A DNA stretch of 64,000 bases, taken from an uncultured Candidatus Saccharibacteria bacterium (GTDB taxonomy: Bacteria; Patescibacteriota; Minisyncoccia; UBA6257; 1-14-0-10-40-38). Below the pieces are notes generated by a model. The model had not been told where the DNA came from and made no database searches. It saw only the letters and a list, made by a program, of their open reading frames with translations. Below, piece after piece: positions 30,700 to 41,835 of the stretch. The stretch is from assembly GCA_964543265.1 (NCBI GenBank), contig CAZIWN010000002.1, forward strand, positions 29,554 to 93,553. The letters are read 5' to 3'. Both the position numbers and the translations under genes were made by a program. Each line of letters starts with the position of its first letter. Position 1 is the first letter of the stretch.

Positions 30700-31773
30700 C
30701 TAAAACACTGATACCCTATAGGCACCCTGTACGATCCCCATCAAAATCGCCTTGGTAATAAAAGAAGATCCACCATAACTCAAGAATGGAAAGGTTACTC
30801 CTACAACGGGCGTAAGTCCTAGATTTGAGCCAATATTTAAAAATAATTCGACAAGCAGCAAGCTAGCAGATCCTAATGCGAATAGTTTTAAAAAATTTCC
30901 CTGAGTCTTCAAACTTATAACCAAGATTCTATAGATAATAACCGCAAAAGCAGACAAAATCAAAATTCCACCAAACAGTCCCCACTCTTCAACGAAAGCA
31001 GAAAAAATAAAATCGGTCGACGGCTCCGTTAAAAAACCTAAATGAGTCTGGGTTCCTTGAGAAAAACCCTTTCCAAAAAACCCAGCCGACCCCACGGCAA
31101 TTTTAGCCTGATTAGTGCTGTAATTAATTCCTAAAACATCATAACTTGGATTTAAAAATCCGATAATCCTCTCTTTTTGATAATCTTTAAAAAGGAAAAA
31201 CCAGGAAAAAACACCAAGCAACAAAAACACAAATCCGCCCAACACAACTTTCTTAAATGGCAACCCACCCACCAATAAAAATGTTATCCAGACAGATATT
31301 AAAACCATAGCAGAACCCCAGTCCGGTTCTTTAAAAATTATAAAAGCAGGAACTGCTAAATAAAAAAAGCTCACTGCTATTACGGAAAAATTTGCTATTC
31401 CAACATGTCTTTTTCCAAAAAAATAAGAAAATATAATTATTAAAGCAATCTTGGTTAGCTCTGATGGCTGAAATCTAAAAAACCCTATATCGATCCAACC
31501 CCTAGATTCTCTAACTATTGGAGCAAAGAAAGTTAAACAAAGTAAAATTACACTGAAAAGATAAACTCCAAAAATAAACCACCTATAATTAGATATGGCC
31601 CGCCAATCAACTGAAGATAAAAAAAATATTATCAAAAAAGAAAACAATACCCATATCAATTGCTGATAAAATATAGCATTAGAAATACTCAACAACTGAA
31701 CAAGGCTTGCGCCCGATAAAAATAAAATTGCCAAATTTAAAACCCAATCCTGTCTCTTAAAAAATGAAATCAT
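30700..31773 (-). CDS. rodA: SEDS peptidoglycan glycosyltransferase (RodA/FtsW)
   Basis: FQPSELTK, EPDWGS, YQKERI.GFL.P, AVGSAG..GKG, TDFIFS...EEWG, PFLSYGGSS. Confidence 0.88.
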   Translation of the reverse strand: MISFFKRQDWVLNLAILFLSGASLVQLLSISNAIFYQQLIWVLFSFLIIFFLSSVDWRAISNYRWFIFGVYLFSVILLCLTFFAPIVRESRGWIDIGFFRFQPSELTKIALIIIFSYFFGKRHVGIANFSVIAVSFFYLAVPAFIIFKEPDWGSAMVLISVWITFLLVGGLPFKKVVLGGFVFLLLGVFSWFFLFKDYQKERIIGFLNPSYDVLGINYSTNQAKIAVGSAGFFGKGFSQGTQTHLGFLTEPSTDFIFSAFVEEWGLFGGILILSAFAVIIYRILVISLKTQGNFLKLFALGSASLLLVELFLNIGSNLGLTPVVGVTFPFLSYGGSSFITKAILMGIVQGAYRVSVF

Positions 31774-31775
31774 AA

Positions 31776-32537
31776 TTATCTCTTGGAAGAGACTGAAACC
31801 TTAACAGAATTTCTATCAATTGTCTCAAAATTAATAATTGGAATAATAATTAAAAAATCTTTTTCTCCAAATTCTGATATGTTCTCTATAAATGTTTGAG
31901 AAGCGCCAGACAAGATGCCTAAATTATTTTCAACGGTTGCCAATATCTCTGATTTAGAAACGCTTCCAGCTTCTCCATTGTTCACAATACCGCTTATCCT
32001 TATCTTTCTTGCCGCATCATCAAACTCATATTTAACCTCTCTTAAGCTAATTTTAGGGGAATAAAAACCGCTCTTATTTTTCCATTTAAAATCAGAAAAG
32101 CTAATCTCTGTTTTTATAATATTTTTAGTTTCAAATTTTATTCCAAAATTAACTATTTTTTTAACCTCTCCGGGATATATAAAAGATTCTCCCGAAATAC
32201 TTCCCGCTAAAGAATTATTTGGGTTAAAAAAATCAACTTTATAAATAAAACTTTCCGCCCCCCATTCTAAATTAGGATTAATAACATCAAAAACCGCAGA
32301 CTTATATCCATCTCCATAAACAATATCAACATTACTATATTTAAATTGCTTTAAAGCCTGTAGGGCGCAAGGAGCACAACTTCCGCCACAGTCGACCCCC
32401 TCTTCTCCTACATCCTTATAGTTATTAGTACAACTTGGCGCTGGAATCAAAAAAGACTTCCAAAACAAAAAACCTATTCCAATCCAAACAAAAAGAAAAA
32501 AAGCTCCATAAATTAACTGTTTAAAAAATCGTTTCAT
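31776..32537 (-). CDS. membrane-anchored hypothetical protein with Cys-rich motif and Ig-like C-terminus
   Basis: TM followed by SCTNNYKD.GEEGVDCGGSCAPC; first gene of the rodA-mltG unit. Confidence 0.7.
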   Translation of the reverse strand: MKRFFKQLIYGAFFLFVWIGIGFLFWKSFLIPAPSCTNNYKDVGEEGVDCGGSCAPCALQALKQFKYSNVDIVYGDGYKSAVFDVINPNLEWGAESFIYKVDFFNPNNSLAGSISGESFIYPGEVKKIVNFGIKFETKNIIKTEISFSDFKWKNKSGFYSPKISLREVKYEFDDAARKIRISGIVNNGEAGSVSKSEILATVENNLGILSGASQTFIENISEFGEKDFLIIIPIINFETIDRNSVKVSVSSKR

Positions 32538-32581
32538 TTTGCATAAATTTTACCATTTCTTATATATAAATTACTAGAAGA

Positions 32582-32612
32582 TTAAAAAAACACGACTTTC
32601 ATCGTGTTTTTC
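32582..32612 (-). terminator. rRNA operon terminator
   Basis: AAAAAAACACGA-CTTTCA-TCGTGTTTTT downstream of 5S. Confidence 0.75.
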
Positions 32613-32666
32613 AATTAATAACTTAATAAGTTGATCTTCAATACTTTCGCGCTTCTGAATTTTTAA

Positions 32667-32785
32667 CTGCCGGCATAGCCTACTTTCCCGACCACCAAAG
32701 CAGCAAGTATCATCAGCTTTATACGGTTTCACTTCCGAGTTCGGAAAGGGATCGGGTGGGTCACGTATAAACAAAACACCAGCAG
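32667..32785 (-). rRNA. rrf: 5S rRNA
   Basis: Minus strand CCACCCGATCCCTTTCCGAACTCGGAAGTGAAAC...GATGATAC...GGGAAAGTAGG; terminal helix CTGCTGG/CCGGCAG. Confidence 0.95.
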
Positions 32786-32914
32786 ATAAAAATCCAGAAA
32801 CGTTAATAAAGAATATATTTATAGAATCAATAACCGATACAAAATAGTCATTTGGACTTTAAATTTTGATATTTAAAGTTATCATAACGTGCTTTCCGTT
32901 ACGAAAAATATTTT

Positions 32915-36030
<3,116 letters not shown>

Positions 36031-36272
36031 ATATATATTTCTCGTAACGGAAAATACATTATTTCCCGTTACTTAAAGTAATTTCACAAATGACTTGTTG
36101 TCTTTCATTCTACTTAAAAATGCTCTTTTGTACCTGTGTATTTCTACACAATATATTACTTTACTCTCTTGAAAATCAACTTATTAAATTATCAATGTCC
36201 ACTCGTTTCAATCGTATTTTCTTGACTGTCCGATCCTAAGCTCATCACTTCTCAGATTCGGATAGTCAAAAA

Positions 36273-36299
36273 TAAAAGCCGCTATTTAAGCGGCTTTTA
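36273..36299 (-). terminator. terminator-like hairpin inside the rRNA leader
   Basis: Minus strand TAAAAGCCGCT-TAAAT-AGCGGCTTTTA followed by TTTTT. Confidence 0.75.
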
Positions 36300-36320
36300 C
36301 AAGGGCGAACTAAAAGCAAA

Positions 36321-36365
36321 TTAGGACCGCTTAAAAAGGCTGATATTTATATGTGAAATTAACAT
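36321..36365 (-). other. putative 14-codon leader peptide (MLISHINISLFKRS*) in the pre-rRNA leader
   Basis: ATG about 12 nt after the predicted +1; TAA just past the antiterminator strand; translation not demonstrated. Confidence 0.4.
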
Positions 36366-36383
36366 CTATAGTTAGTAAGGATA

Positions 36384-36411
36384 AGTATATCCATAGAAAT
36401 CCTCTTGTCAA
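36384..36411 (-). promoter_or_regulatory. rRNA promoter
   Basis: TTGACA (36411-06), 16 nt spacer, TATACT (36389-84); 16-bp spacers are typical of rrn P1 promoters. Confidence 0.85.
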
Positions 36412-36451
36412 GCACTTACGTTGTCCACAATGTAAAAAGATACAACTTCTA

Positions 36452-36483
36452 TAAAAAATCCCCCGATTAAGGGGAATTTTTTA
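36452..36483 (-). terminator. terminator after the 36501-37187 gene
   Basis: AAAAAATCCCC-CGATTAA-GGGGAATTTTTT. Confidence 0.7.
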
Positions 36484-36500
36484 TTCATGAGTTACTAAAC

Positions 36501-37187
36501 TTAAGAATGATTATCAAACTCATCCTTCATTCTAGAAATCCACTTATCGGCGTGATCCTTGCCACCTAATCCGAAGGCTAATCCTCCAGCTATAGCAAGC
36601 ATAGCCACAAGTCCAGTTATTAATGTATTAATAATCTGAACAGCAACTCCCAACTGTGAAAGGGCTGCTAAAAATCCGAAGACTACAACTCCCCACCAAG
36701 CAACTTCGCCAAGAGTCTTTCCAGAATGCATTTTAACACCCATAACAGAAGCTCTCACGAAATGTTTAACAAACTTTGCTGCAACCATTGCCGCTAAAAG
36801 AATAAGTGAAGCAATGATAACGTTTGGAATATAGCTCAACACTCCCTGTATAAATCCAGACAAGGCAGTGAATCCCAATATATCAGAAGCTGCTAAGAAG
36901 AATACTAAAATGAAAAACCAATAAACTATTCTTCCTAAAAAGTTTCCAGAATTAAGCTTCATGTTTCCTCTCTGCATAAAGCTATCCATTCCGACTTGCT
37001 TCAATATATTATCTAGCTTCAAATAGAAAACTATTCTTTCTACTAATTTTTCTAATGCAGCTGCGACTATTATTCCAACAACTATTGTTATTAAAGCTCC
37101 GACTAGTGATGGTAAAAAACCAGCAACTCTCAACCATAGGTTATAAAACGAGCTGGTTAAAGCCTCTATCCAATTTTGAAAAACCAT
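36501..37187 (-). CDS. conserved TM-helix membrane protein (CmpX/MscS N-terminal TM_helix repeats)
   Basis: FLPSLVGA.., YIPNVIIA.. repeats; ALSQLG; AFGLGGKD. Confidence 0.82.
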   Translation of the reverse strand: MVFQNWIEALTSSFYNLWLRVAGFLPSLVGALITIVVGIIVAAALEKLVERIVFYLKLDNILKQVGMDSFMQRGNMKLNSGNFLGRIVYWFFILVFFLAASDILGFTALSGFIQGVLSYIPNVIIASLILLAAMVAAKFVKHFVRASVMGVKMHSGKTLGEVAWWGVVVFGFLAALSQLGVAVQIINTLITGLVAMLAIAGGLAFGLGGKDHADKWISRMKDEFDNHS

Positions 37188-37269
37188 ATATTTTTATAAT
37201 TTAAACGCGACCAATTAATAATATTACTTATTTTATAAGTATAACCCTTTTAATTTAAATTAGTATGTT

Positions 37270-37305
37270 AATAAAACAAGCGGCCTTATGGCCGCTTGTT
37301 TTATT
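37270..37305. terminator. intrinsic terminator
   Basis: AATAAAACAAGCGGCC-TTAT-GGCCGCTTGTTTTATT. Confidence 0.85.
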
Positions 37306-37318
37306 ATTCTAAATAATA

Positions 37319-37537
37319 TTATTTCAACTCTTTCTCTATATTGTTTAATTCATTTTCTAAACTAGAAGTATCTAACGCTCTAAGATCGCTTTCCGCGCTT
37401 GCAGTATTAGAAACTTGATCCTGATTATTAGATTGTTGCTGGTTCTTAGAACTTCCTACAAATAAATACACCAATCCCCCCAAAACAATCACTCCAAGTA
37501 TTATCCATAATCCTCCAGATTTCTTTTGTGGTTCCAT
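37319..37537 (-). CDS. small single-pass membrane protein
   Basis: N-terminal TM, Gln/Asn-rich linker, C-terminal amphipathic helix; followed by a terminator. Confidence 0.7.
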   Translation of the reverse strand: MEPQKKSGGLWIILGVIVLGGLVYLFVGSSKNQQQSNNQDQVSNTASAESDLRALDTSSLENELNNIEKELK

Positions 37538-37566
37538 ATTTTTTAATTAATTTTATTAATTATCTT

Positions 37567-38487
37567 TTAATTATTTGTTGTTTGTGTAGTGCTAGTTGCT
37601 TGACTCTCTCCCCTTAAAGATCTTATTTGAGGAATTAAATCCATAAGTTCCTTATGAGCAGCCCTGATTGCTTCAGCAACTTTTTTTCCAGAACTCTTAA
37701 CTGTATTAAATTCAGATTTTGGATCCGTAGATGAAGTCATTTTAGTATAAGCAGATTGGAATTCGGTCAAAGCAGATTCTGCCTCAGAAATATCAACCTT
37801 AGCATCGGCAAGCATTGATGAAAGACTTACTACATCTTTTCCCGCCTGAGATAAAATATTAATTTCAGATTCTATTTTTGAAGAAACTTCGTTCAATTTT
37901 TCTATATGCTTTGTAAAATTAGCTAAAGCATTTTCTATAGATTTTGAAATATTTTCTGATTTTTCAGATGCCCTATCTCCAAATTTTGCCTTTAATCTAT
38001 CCTTTAAATTATTTTTACTTTCTTCAAATTTATTTTTAAACTCTTCCCTTCTATCTTCCATCCTTTTCTTAAGCTCTTCCCTTTCTAAACCCATCTTCTC
38101 AATACGCTCATTTTCTCCAAGCCTCATCCTCTCTTCGATATTTTTCATCATCTCTAATCTATCAGCCCTAAGCTCACCAACATCTTCTCTTAGATCCACA
38201 ACTGCTCCCCTTCTGTCTTGTGTATTGGTCGCATTTTTTATATTTCTAATATCGGTTCTAATTTCTTTTTTATCGTTTCTAATTTCTGGAACGCCCATCT
38301 TTTTAACAGCTCCTTGCGCAGCCTTAAAAGCCTCATACTCCTTCAATGTTTTAAAATCACCCTCCCTTACTACAGCGTTTGGCTGCAAAACCGATGAAGT
38401 TGGTTTGACTTCTTCAGCTAAAGAAATTGAAGGATAAATAACAACTAAAGCAAATAACAAAGTTCCTGTTTTTAAAATTTTATTCAT
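37567..38487 (-). CDS. secreted coiled-coil protein
   Basis: Signal peptide ending SLA; long E/K/R-rich heptad region; C-terminal helical bundle. Confidence 0.75.
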   Translation of the reverse strand: MNKILKTGTLLFALVVIYPSISLAEEVKPTSSVLQPNAVVREGDFKTLKEYEAFKAAQGAVKKMGVPEIRNDKKEIRTDIRNIKNATNTQDRRGAVVDLREDVGELRADRLEMMKNIEERMRLGENERIEKMGLEREELKKRMEDRREEFKNKFEESKNNLKDRLKAKFGDRASEKSENISKSIENALANFTKHIEKLNEVSSKIESEINILSQAGKDVVSLSSMLADAKVDISEAESALTEFQSAYTKMTSSTDPKSEFNTVKSSGKKVAEAIRAAHKELMDLIPQIRSLRGESQATSTTQTTNN

Positions 38488-38647
38488 TTAATTTTTAATA
38501 ATTTAAAGCGACTCAATATTTAATCAAGTTCATCATATCAGAAAGAATCGACTATGAAAATAGATCGTTGCCCTAATTATTAAACCGTTTTCTAATAGTT
38601 GAATAAAAACATTCCAAATAATACAATTCTAAAGATATCTAATTATT

Positions 38648-38718
38648 GGGCCCGTAGTAAAACGGCATTACGCACCCTTCGCATGGGTGAGGTAGGAGTT
38701 CAATTCTCCTCGGGTCCA
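38648..38718 (+). tRNA. tRNA-Ala(CGC), CCA not encoded
   Basis: Acceptor GGGCCCG/CGGGTCC with the G3:U70 identity pair, anticodon arm CACCC-TTCGCAT-GGGTG, T arm AGGAG-TTCAATT-CTCCT. Confidence 0.95.
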
Positions 38719-38742
38719 CTATTTTACAAAAAAAGAATTGAA

Positions 38743-39927
38743 CTATTTTCCCTGACTTAATCCCCTCATTAAATTGGCAATTTTTTCGATATAGCTATAA
38801 GTATCTTTTATACTAGAGGATGTTTTTATAAACAAAGGTTTTAAATTTTTTTCATATCTCACTTTAAGATCATCTTCAGACTGCGCATCCACTATGTATA
38901 AATAATTTTCTCTTAAACTATTTATTAAGGAATTTGAATTTCTGACCTGCTCCATAGCAAATCTCAATTTTAACACTATCTCTTTTTCAGTTGATGGATC
39001 TGGGTTGCTGATAAAAAAGTTTTTAGATCCTCTTACTATATTTAAATTAAAATCTATTATTCTAGACAAAAGATTGGAGAATTTTCCAGAAATATTTTGA
39101 ATCCCATTATCAATATCAACCGCTCTTCTATCCCCCACTAAAATTATCAATTTAGAAATTCTTTCCTGTTTTAATTCATTAAAAATAGAAAAAGAATTCA
39201 AAACCCTATCTTTTTCAGCCATTAATTTAAAATTCAAATCATCAAAAGGATTAGTCAAAGAACCGTTTTGATCGGTCGGCAATTGATCATTTGAAGGAAC
39301 GCCCTCACCCCCAGAACCTCCAGGGGTCAATCCTGGATCTGAGCCCGGAAGATTTCCGGATCCTGAATCTGACCCAGAACCACCATTGTCACCAGAACCA
39401 TCCCCAGAGCCACTTTTAGAATCATCTTTAGAATCTTTTTCTTCAGAACCATTATTTGATCCGCCACCACTAAAAATATCTTTAGTGTCATTAATATCTT
39501 TTTTAGTATCATCAATAGGCTCCTTAACGGCATCCTTAAAATCATTCACATCATCTTTAAAGTCCTTTTCCAAATCCTCTTTTAATTCTCCAAAATCTCC
39601 CTTAGAGGTGTCCTTGGTAATTTCAATACCATCCTGAACCGTGTCTACGGCATGATCAACTCCCTCTTTAACTGTATCTATGGGTTTATCAACAACGATA
39701 TCTTTTATCTTATCTTTTATCTTTTTGGCTGCTTTTTTTATTTTATTTCTCAATCTACTACCCCAACCAGCAGTAAAAAAACTATTTATATCAACATCGC
39801 CACTCAAAACTATTGTTGGCTGATATTTATTATTTGATTCATTAATAATTTCTGCCCTAGAAATACTAACCGTGTTTAAGATCAGAACCAAAGAAACCAA
39901 AAAAACACCAACTTTCTTTAAAAACAT
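38743..39927 (-). CDS. secreted protein: cationic amphipathic helix, acidic helical repeats, Gly/Ser linker, C-terminal helical domain
   Basis: Signal peptide ending SRA; low-complexity GSGDGSGDNGGSG linker. Confidence 0.75.
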   Translation of the reverse strand: MFLKKVGVFLVSLVLILNTVSISRAEIINESNNKYQPTIVLSGDVDINSFFTAGWGSRLRNKIKKAAKKIKDKIKDIVVDKPIDTVKEGVDHAVDTVQDGIEITKDTSKGDFGELKEDLEKDFKDDVNDFKDAVKEPIDDTKKDINDTKDIFSGGGSNNGSEEKDSKDDSKSGSGDGSGDNGGSGSDSGSGNLPGSDPGLTPGGSGGEGVPSNDQLPTDQNGSLTNPFDDLNFKLMAEKDRVLNSFSIFNELKQERISKLIILVGDRRAVDIDNGIQNISGKFSNLLSRIIDFNLNIVRGSKNFFISNPDPSTEKEIVLKLRFAMEQVRNSNSLINSLRENYLYIVDAQSEDDLKVRYEKNLKPLFIKTSSSIKDTYSYIEKIANLMRGLSQGK

Positions 39928-39976
39928 ATTAACTAAATTATAGTATAATTACCCATAATTAAAAACCTTCAAAAAT

Positions 39977-40396
39977 ATGAAATTTAAATACATAGCATTA
40001 ATAATATTAGCAACTATCACTCTAATAATATGGAATCCATTTTCTGCAACCAATAAGAATAAAGACACGGTTATTAATAATCAAATAAACCCAGAAGAAA
40101 AATTGATTAATAATGAAAAAATTTCAAAAATAAATATTAATATAGACGACAATGGATTTTCACCTTCATCTTTAAAAATTAATAAGGGTGATATTGTAGC
40201 TTTCACTAATATTGGTAAAAACGCTCACTGGCCAGCATCAAATAATCATCCGTCTCATGAAATTTATCCAGAATTTGACCCAAAAAAACCCATCTCTCCA
40301 GGCTCATCTTGGGAATTCCAATTTAACAAATCCGGATCCTGGAAAATGCATGATCATCTATCTCCTAGATTTAGCGGAGTCATTATAGTTAATTAA
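39977..40396 (+). CDS. membrane-anchored cupredoxin-fold protein
   Basis: GFSP.SL.I..GD.V.F.N, PG.SWEF.F...G.W..HDH. Confidence 0.82.
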   Translation: MKFKYIALIILATITLIIWNPFSATNKNKDTVINNQINPEEKLINNEKISKININIDDNGFSPSSLKINKGDIVAFTNIGKNAHWPASNNHPSHEIYPEFDPKKPISPGSSWEFQFNKSGSWKMHDHLSPRFSGVIIVN

Positions 40397-40438
40397 CTTT
40401 AAAAACATCCGGCTTAAAAGCCGGATGTTTTTAAAGTT
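40395..40438. terminator. bidirectional terminator
   Basis: AACTTTAAAAACATCCGGCT-TAAA-AGCCGGATGTTTTTAAAGTT between convergent genes. Confidence 0.85.
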
Positions 40439-41195
40439 ATTGTTTAATTGCTTCTAAAAATAGAAACATTGGTATCTCTTTTCTTATTCTATTCTCCTCT
40501 TCAGCCCTCTTACCTGGCTCACTTACTCTGTTAGAATTCCACTCCTCAAGACGAGAAATTAAAAAACCCGCCTTTTTCAATGCTTTAACATAAGACTGAA
40601 TTGGTCTATGAAAAGAAAATGTCACAATACTTTTATCATCGCCTGGATGCATTTCTATTTTTTGAGTAAATTCTCCTAAATATTCATCCACTCTTCTGTA
40701 TTGCCTGTTTTGCTCCTCATCCCACCCCCAACTAGATTGTTTTGGAATTCTAAAGGCCGGATGATTTAAAACTATATAAATAAATCCTCCCCTTTTTAAA
40801 ACTCTTCCCGCTTCAATTATTGCCTCTCCAAATTCTTTAATATTTTGCAAAGATAAAATAAAAACAGCCTTATTAAAAGTTGCGTCTTTAAATTGCCTTA
40901 AATCATCGGCTTTTCCTTTAATGAAGGATGGGTTAGTAATACTAACTCGTTTTTGTTCTGCAATTTTTATCAATTCTGAAGATGGCTCTACTCCAAAAAC
41001 TTTAGCCCCAGTCTTTGCAAATTCTTTTGAAAAAAATCCAGAACCAGAACCAATATCAAGTAAAACATCACCATTTTTCAATTCAAGCAATCTGACTAGA
41101 TTTGGTAATATCAAAGTCTTCTGATAACTATTATCAGAATCAACCGCATCATCGTACCACTTAGCAACATGACCCCAATCAGTATTTTTACTCAT
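40437..41195 (-). CDS. class I SAM-dependent methyltransferase
   Basis: LLDIGSGSG motif I; RVLKRGG; HP. Confidence 0.88.
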   Translation of the reverse strand: MSKNTDWGHVAKWYDDAVDSDNSYQKTLILPNLVRLLELKNGDVLLDIGSGSGFFSKEFAKTGAKVFGVEPSSELIKIAEQKRVSITNPSFIKGKADDLRQFKDATFNKAVFILSLQNIKEFGEAIIEAGRVLKRGGFIYIVLNHPAFRIPKQSSWGWDEEQNRQYRRVDEYLGEFTQKIEMHPGDDKSIVTFSFHRPIQSYVKALKKAGFLISRLEEWNSNRVSEPGKRAEEENRIRKEIPMFLFLEAIKQ

Positions 41196-41205
41196 ATTCT
41201 TTTAA

Positions 41206-41835
41206 TTATTTTTTCTCAGCAATCACAACCAATGTTTCAATATATTTTGAAGTAAAGAGGGATAAAAAATAATATATTAAATTTAATATCTTTTTTTTCC
41301 AACTCTCCTTATGCGATAACTCTAAAGTATAAATATAAGAAATTTCTTTAACTACAAAATTATTTTTTTCCAACAAGCGACGCAATGTTTTTGAATTAAA
41401 ATATGCCGTATGGTCAGAATTAACTGTGGGCTCAAACTTAGACATTTTCTCTGCAATATTAAAAAGATTAAAAGCATTCGGTGTCGTTATTATAAGCTTT
41501 CCGTTGGTCTTTAAATGTCTAAATGCGCATCCCAAAAATAATCCAGGATTTGAAAGGTGCTCAATTAAATCGCCCGCAAAAATGACGTTAAAATCAGTAT
41601 CTATAGAAAAAGATTCTGCGCTAGATTTTTTATAAAAAGCCGCCGATTGTTTTAATCGTGACAAATCATAATCAAGATCTATTCCCCAAACCTCTGACGC
41701 TCTAGATAATAAAATATTATGTACCCAATTTTCATGATCAGGATTTAATCCATGACCCCAAAAACCGACATCCAAAACAACGTCGCTTGATTCAATTTGA
41801 TTCTCTATTAATTCTTTCTTATTCCTATAAACCAT
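41206..41835 (-). CDS. SAM-dependent methyltransferase (glycan-cluster type)
   Basis: VLDVG, GIDLD, IFAGDLIEHL.NP, IITTPN. Confidence 0.85.
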   Translation of the reverse strand: MVYRNKKELIENQIESSDVVLDVGFWGHGLNPDHENWVHNILLSRASEVWGIDLDYDLSRLKQSAAFYKKSSAESFSIDTDFNVIFAGDLIEHLSNPGLFLGCAFRHLKTNGKLIITTPNAFNLFNIAEKMSKFEPTVNSDHTAYFNSKTLRRLLEKNNFVVKEISYIYTLELSHKESWKKKILNLIYYFLSLFTSKYIETLVVIAEKK

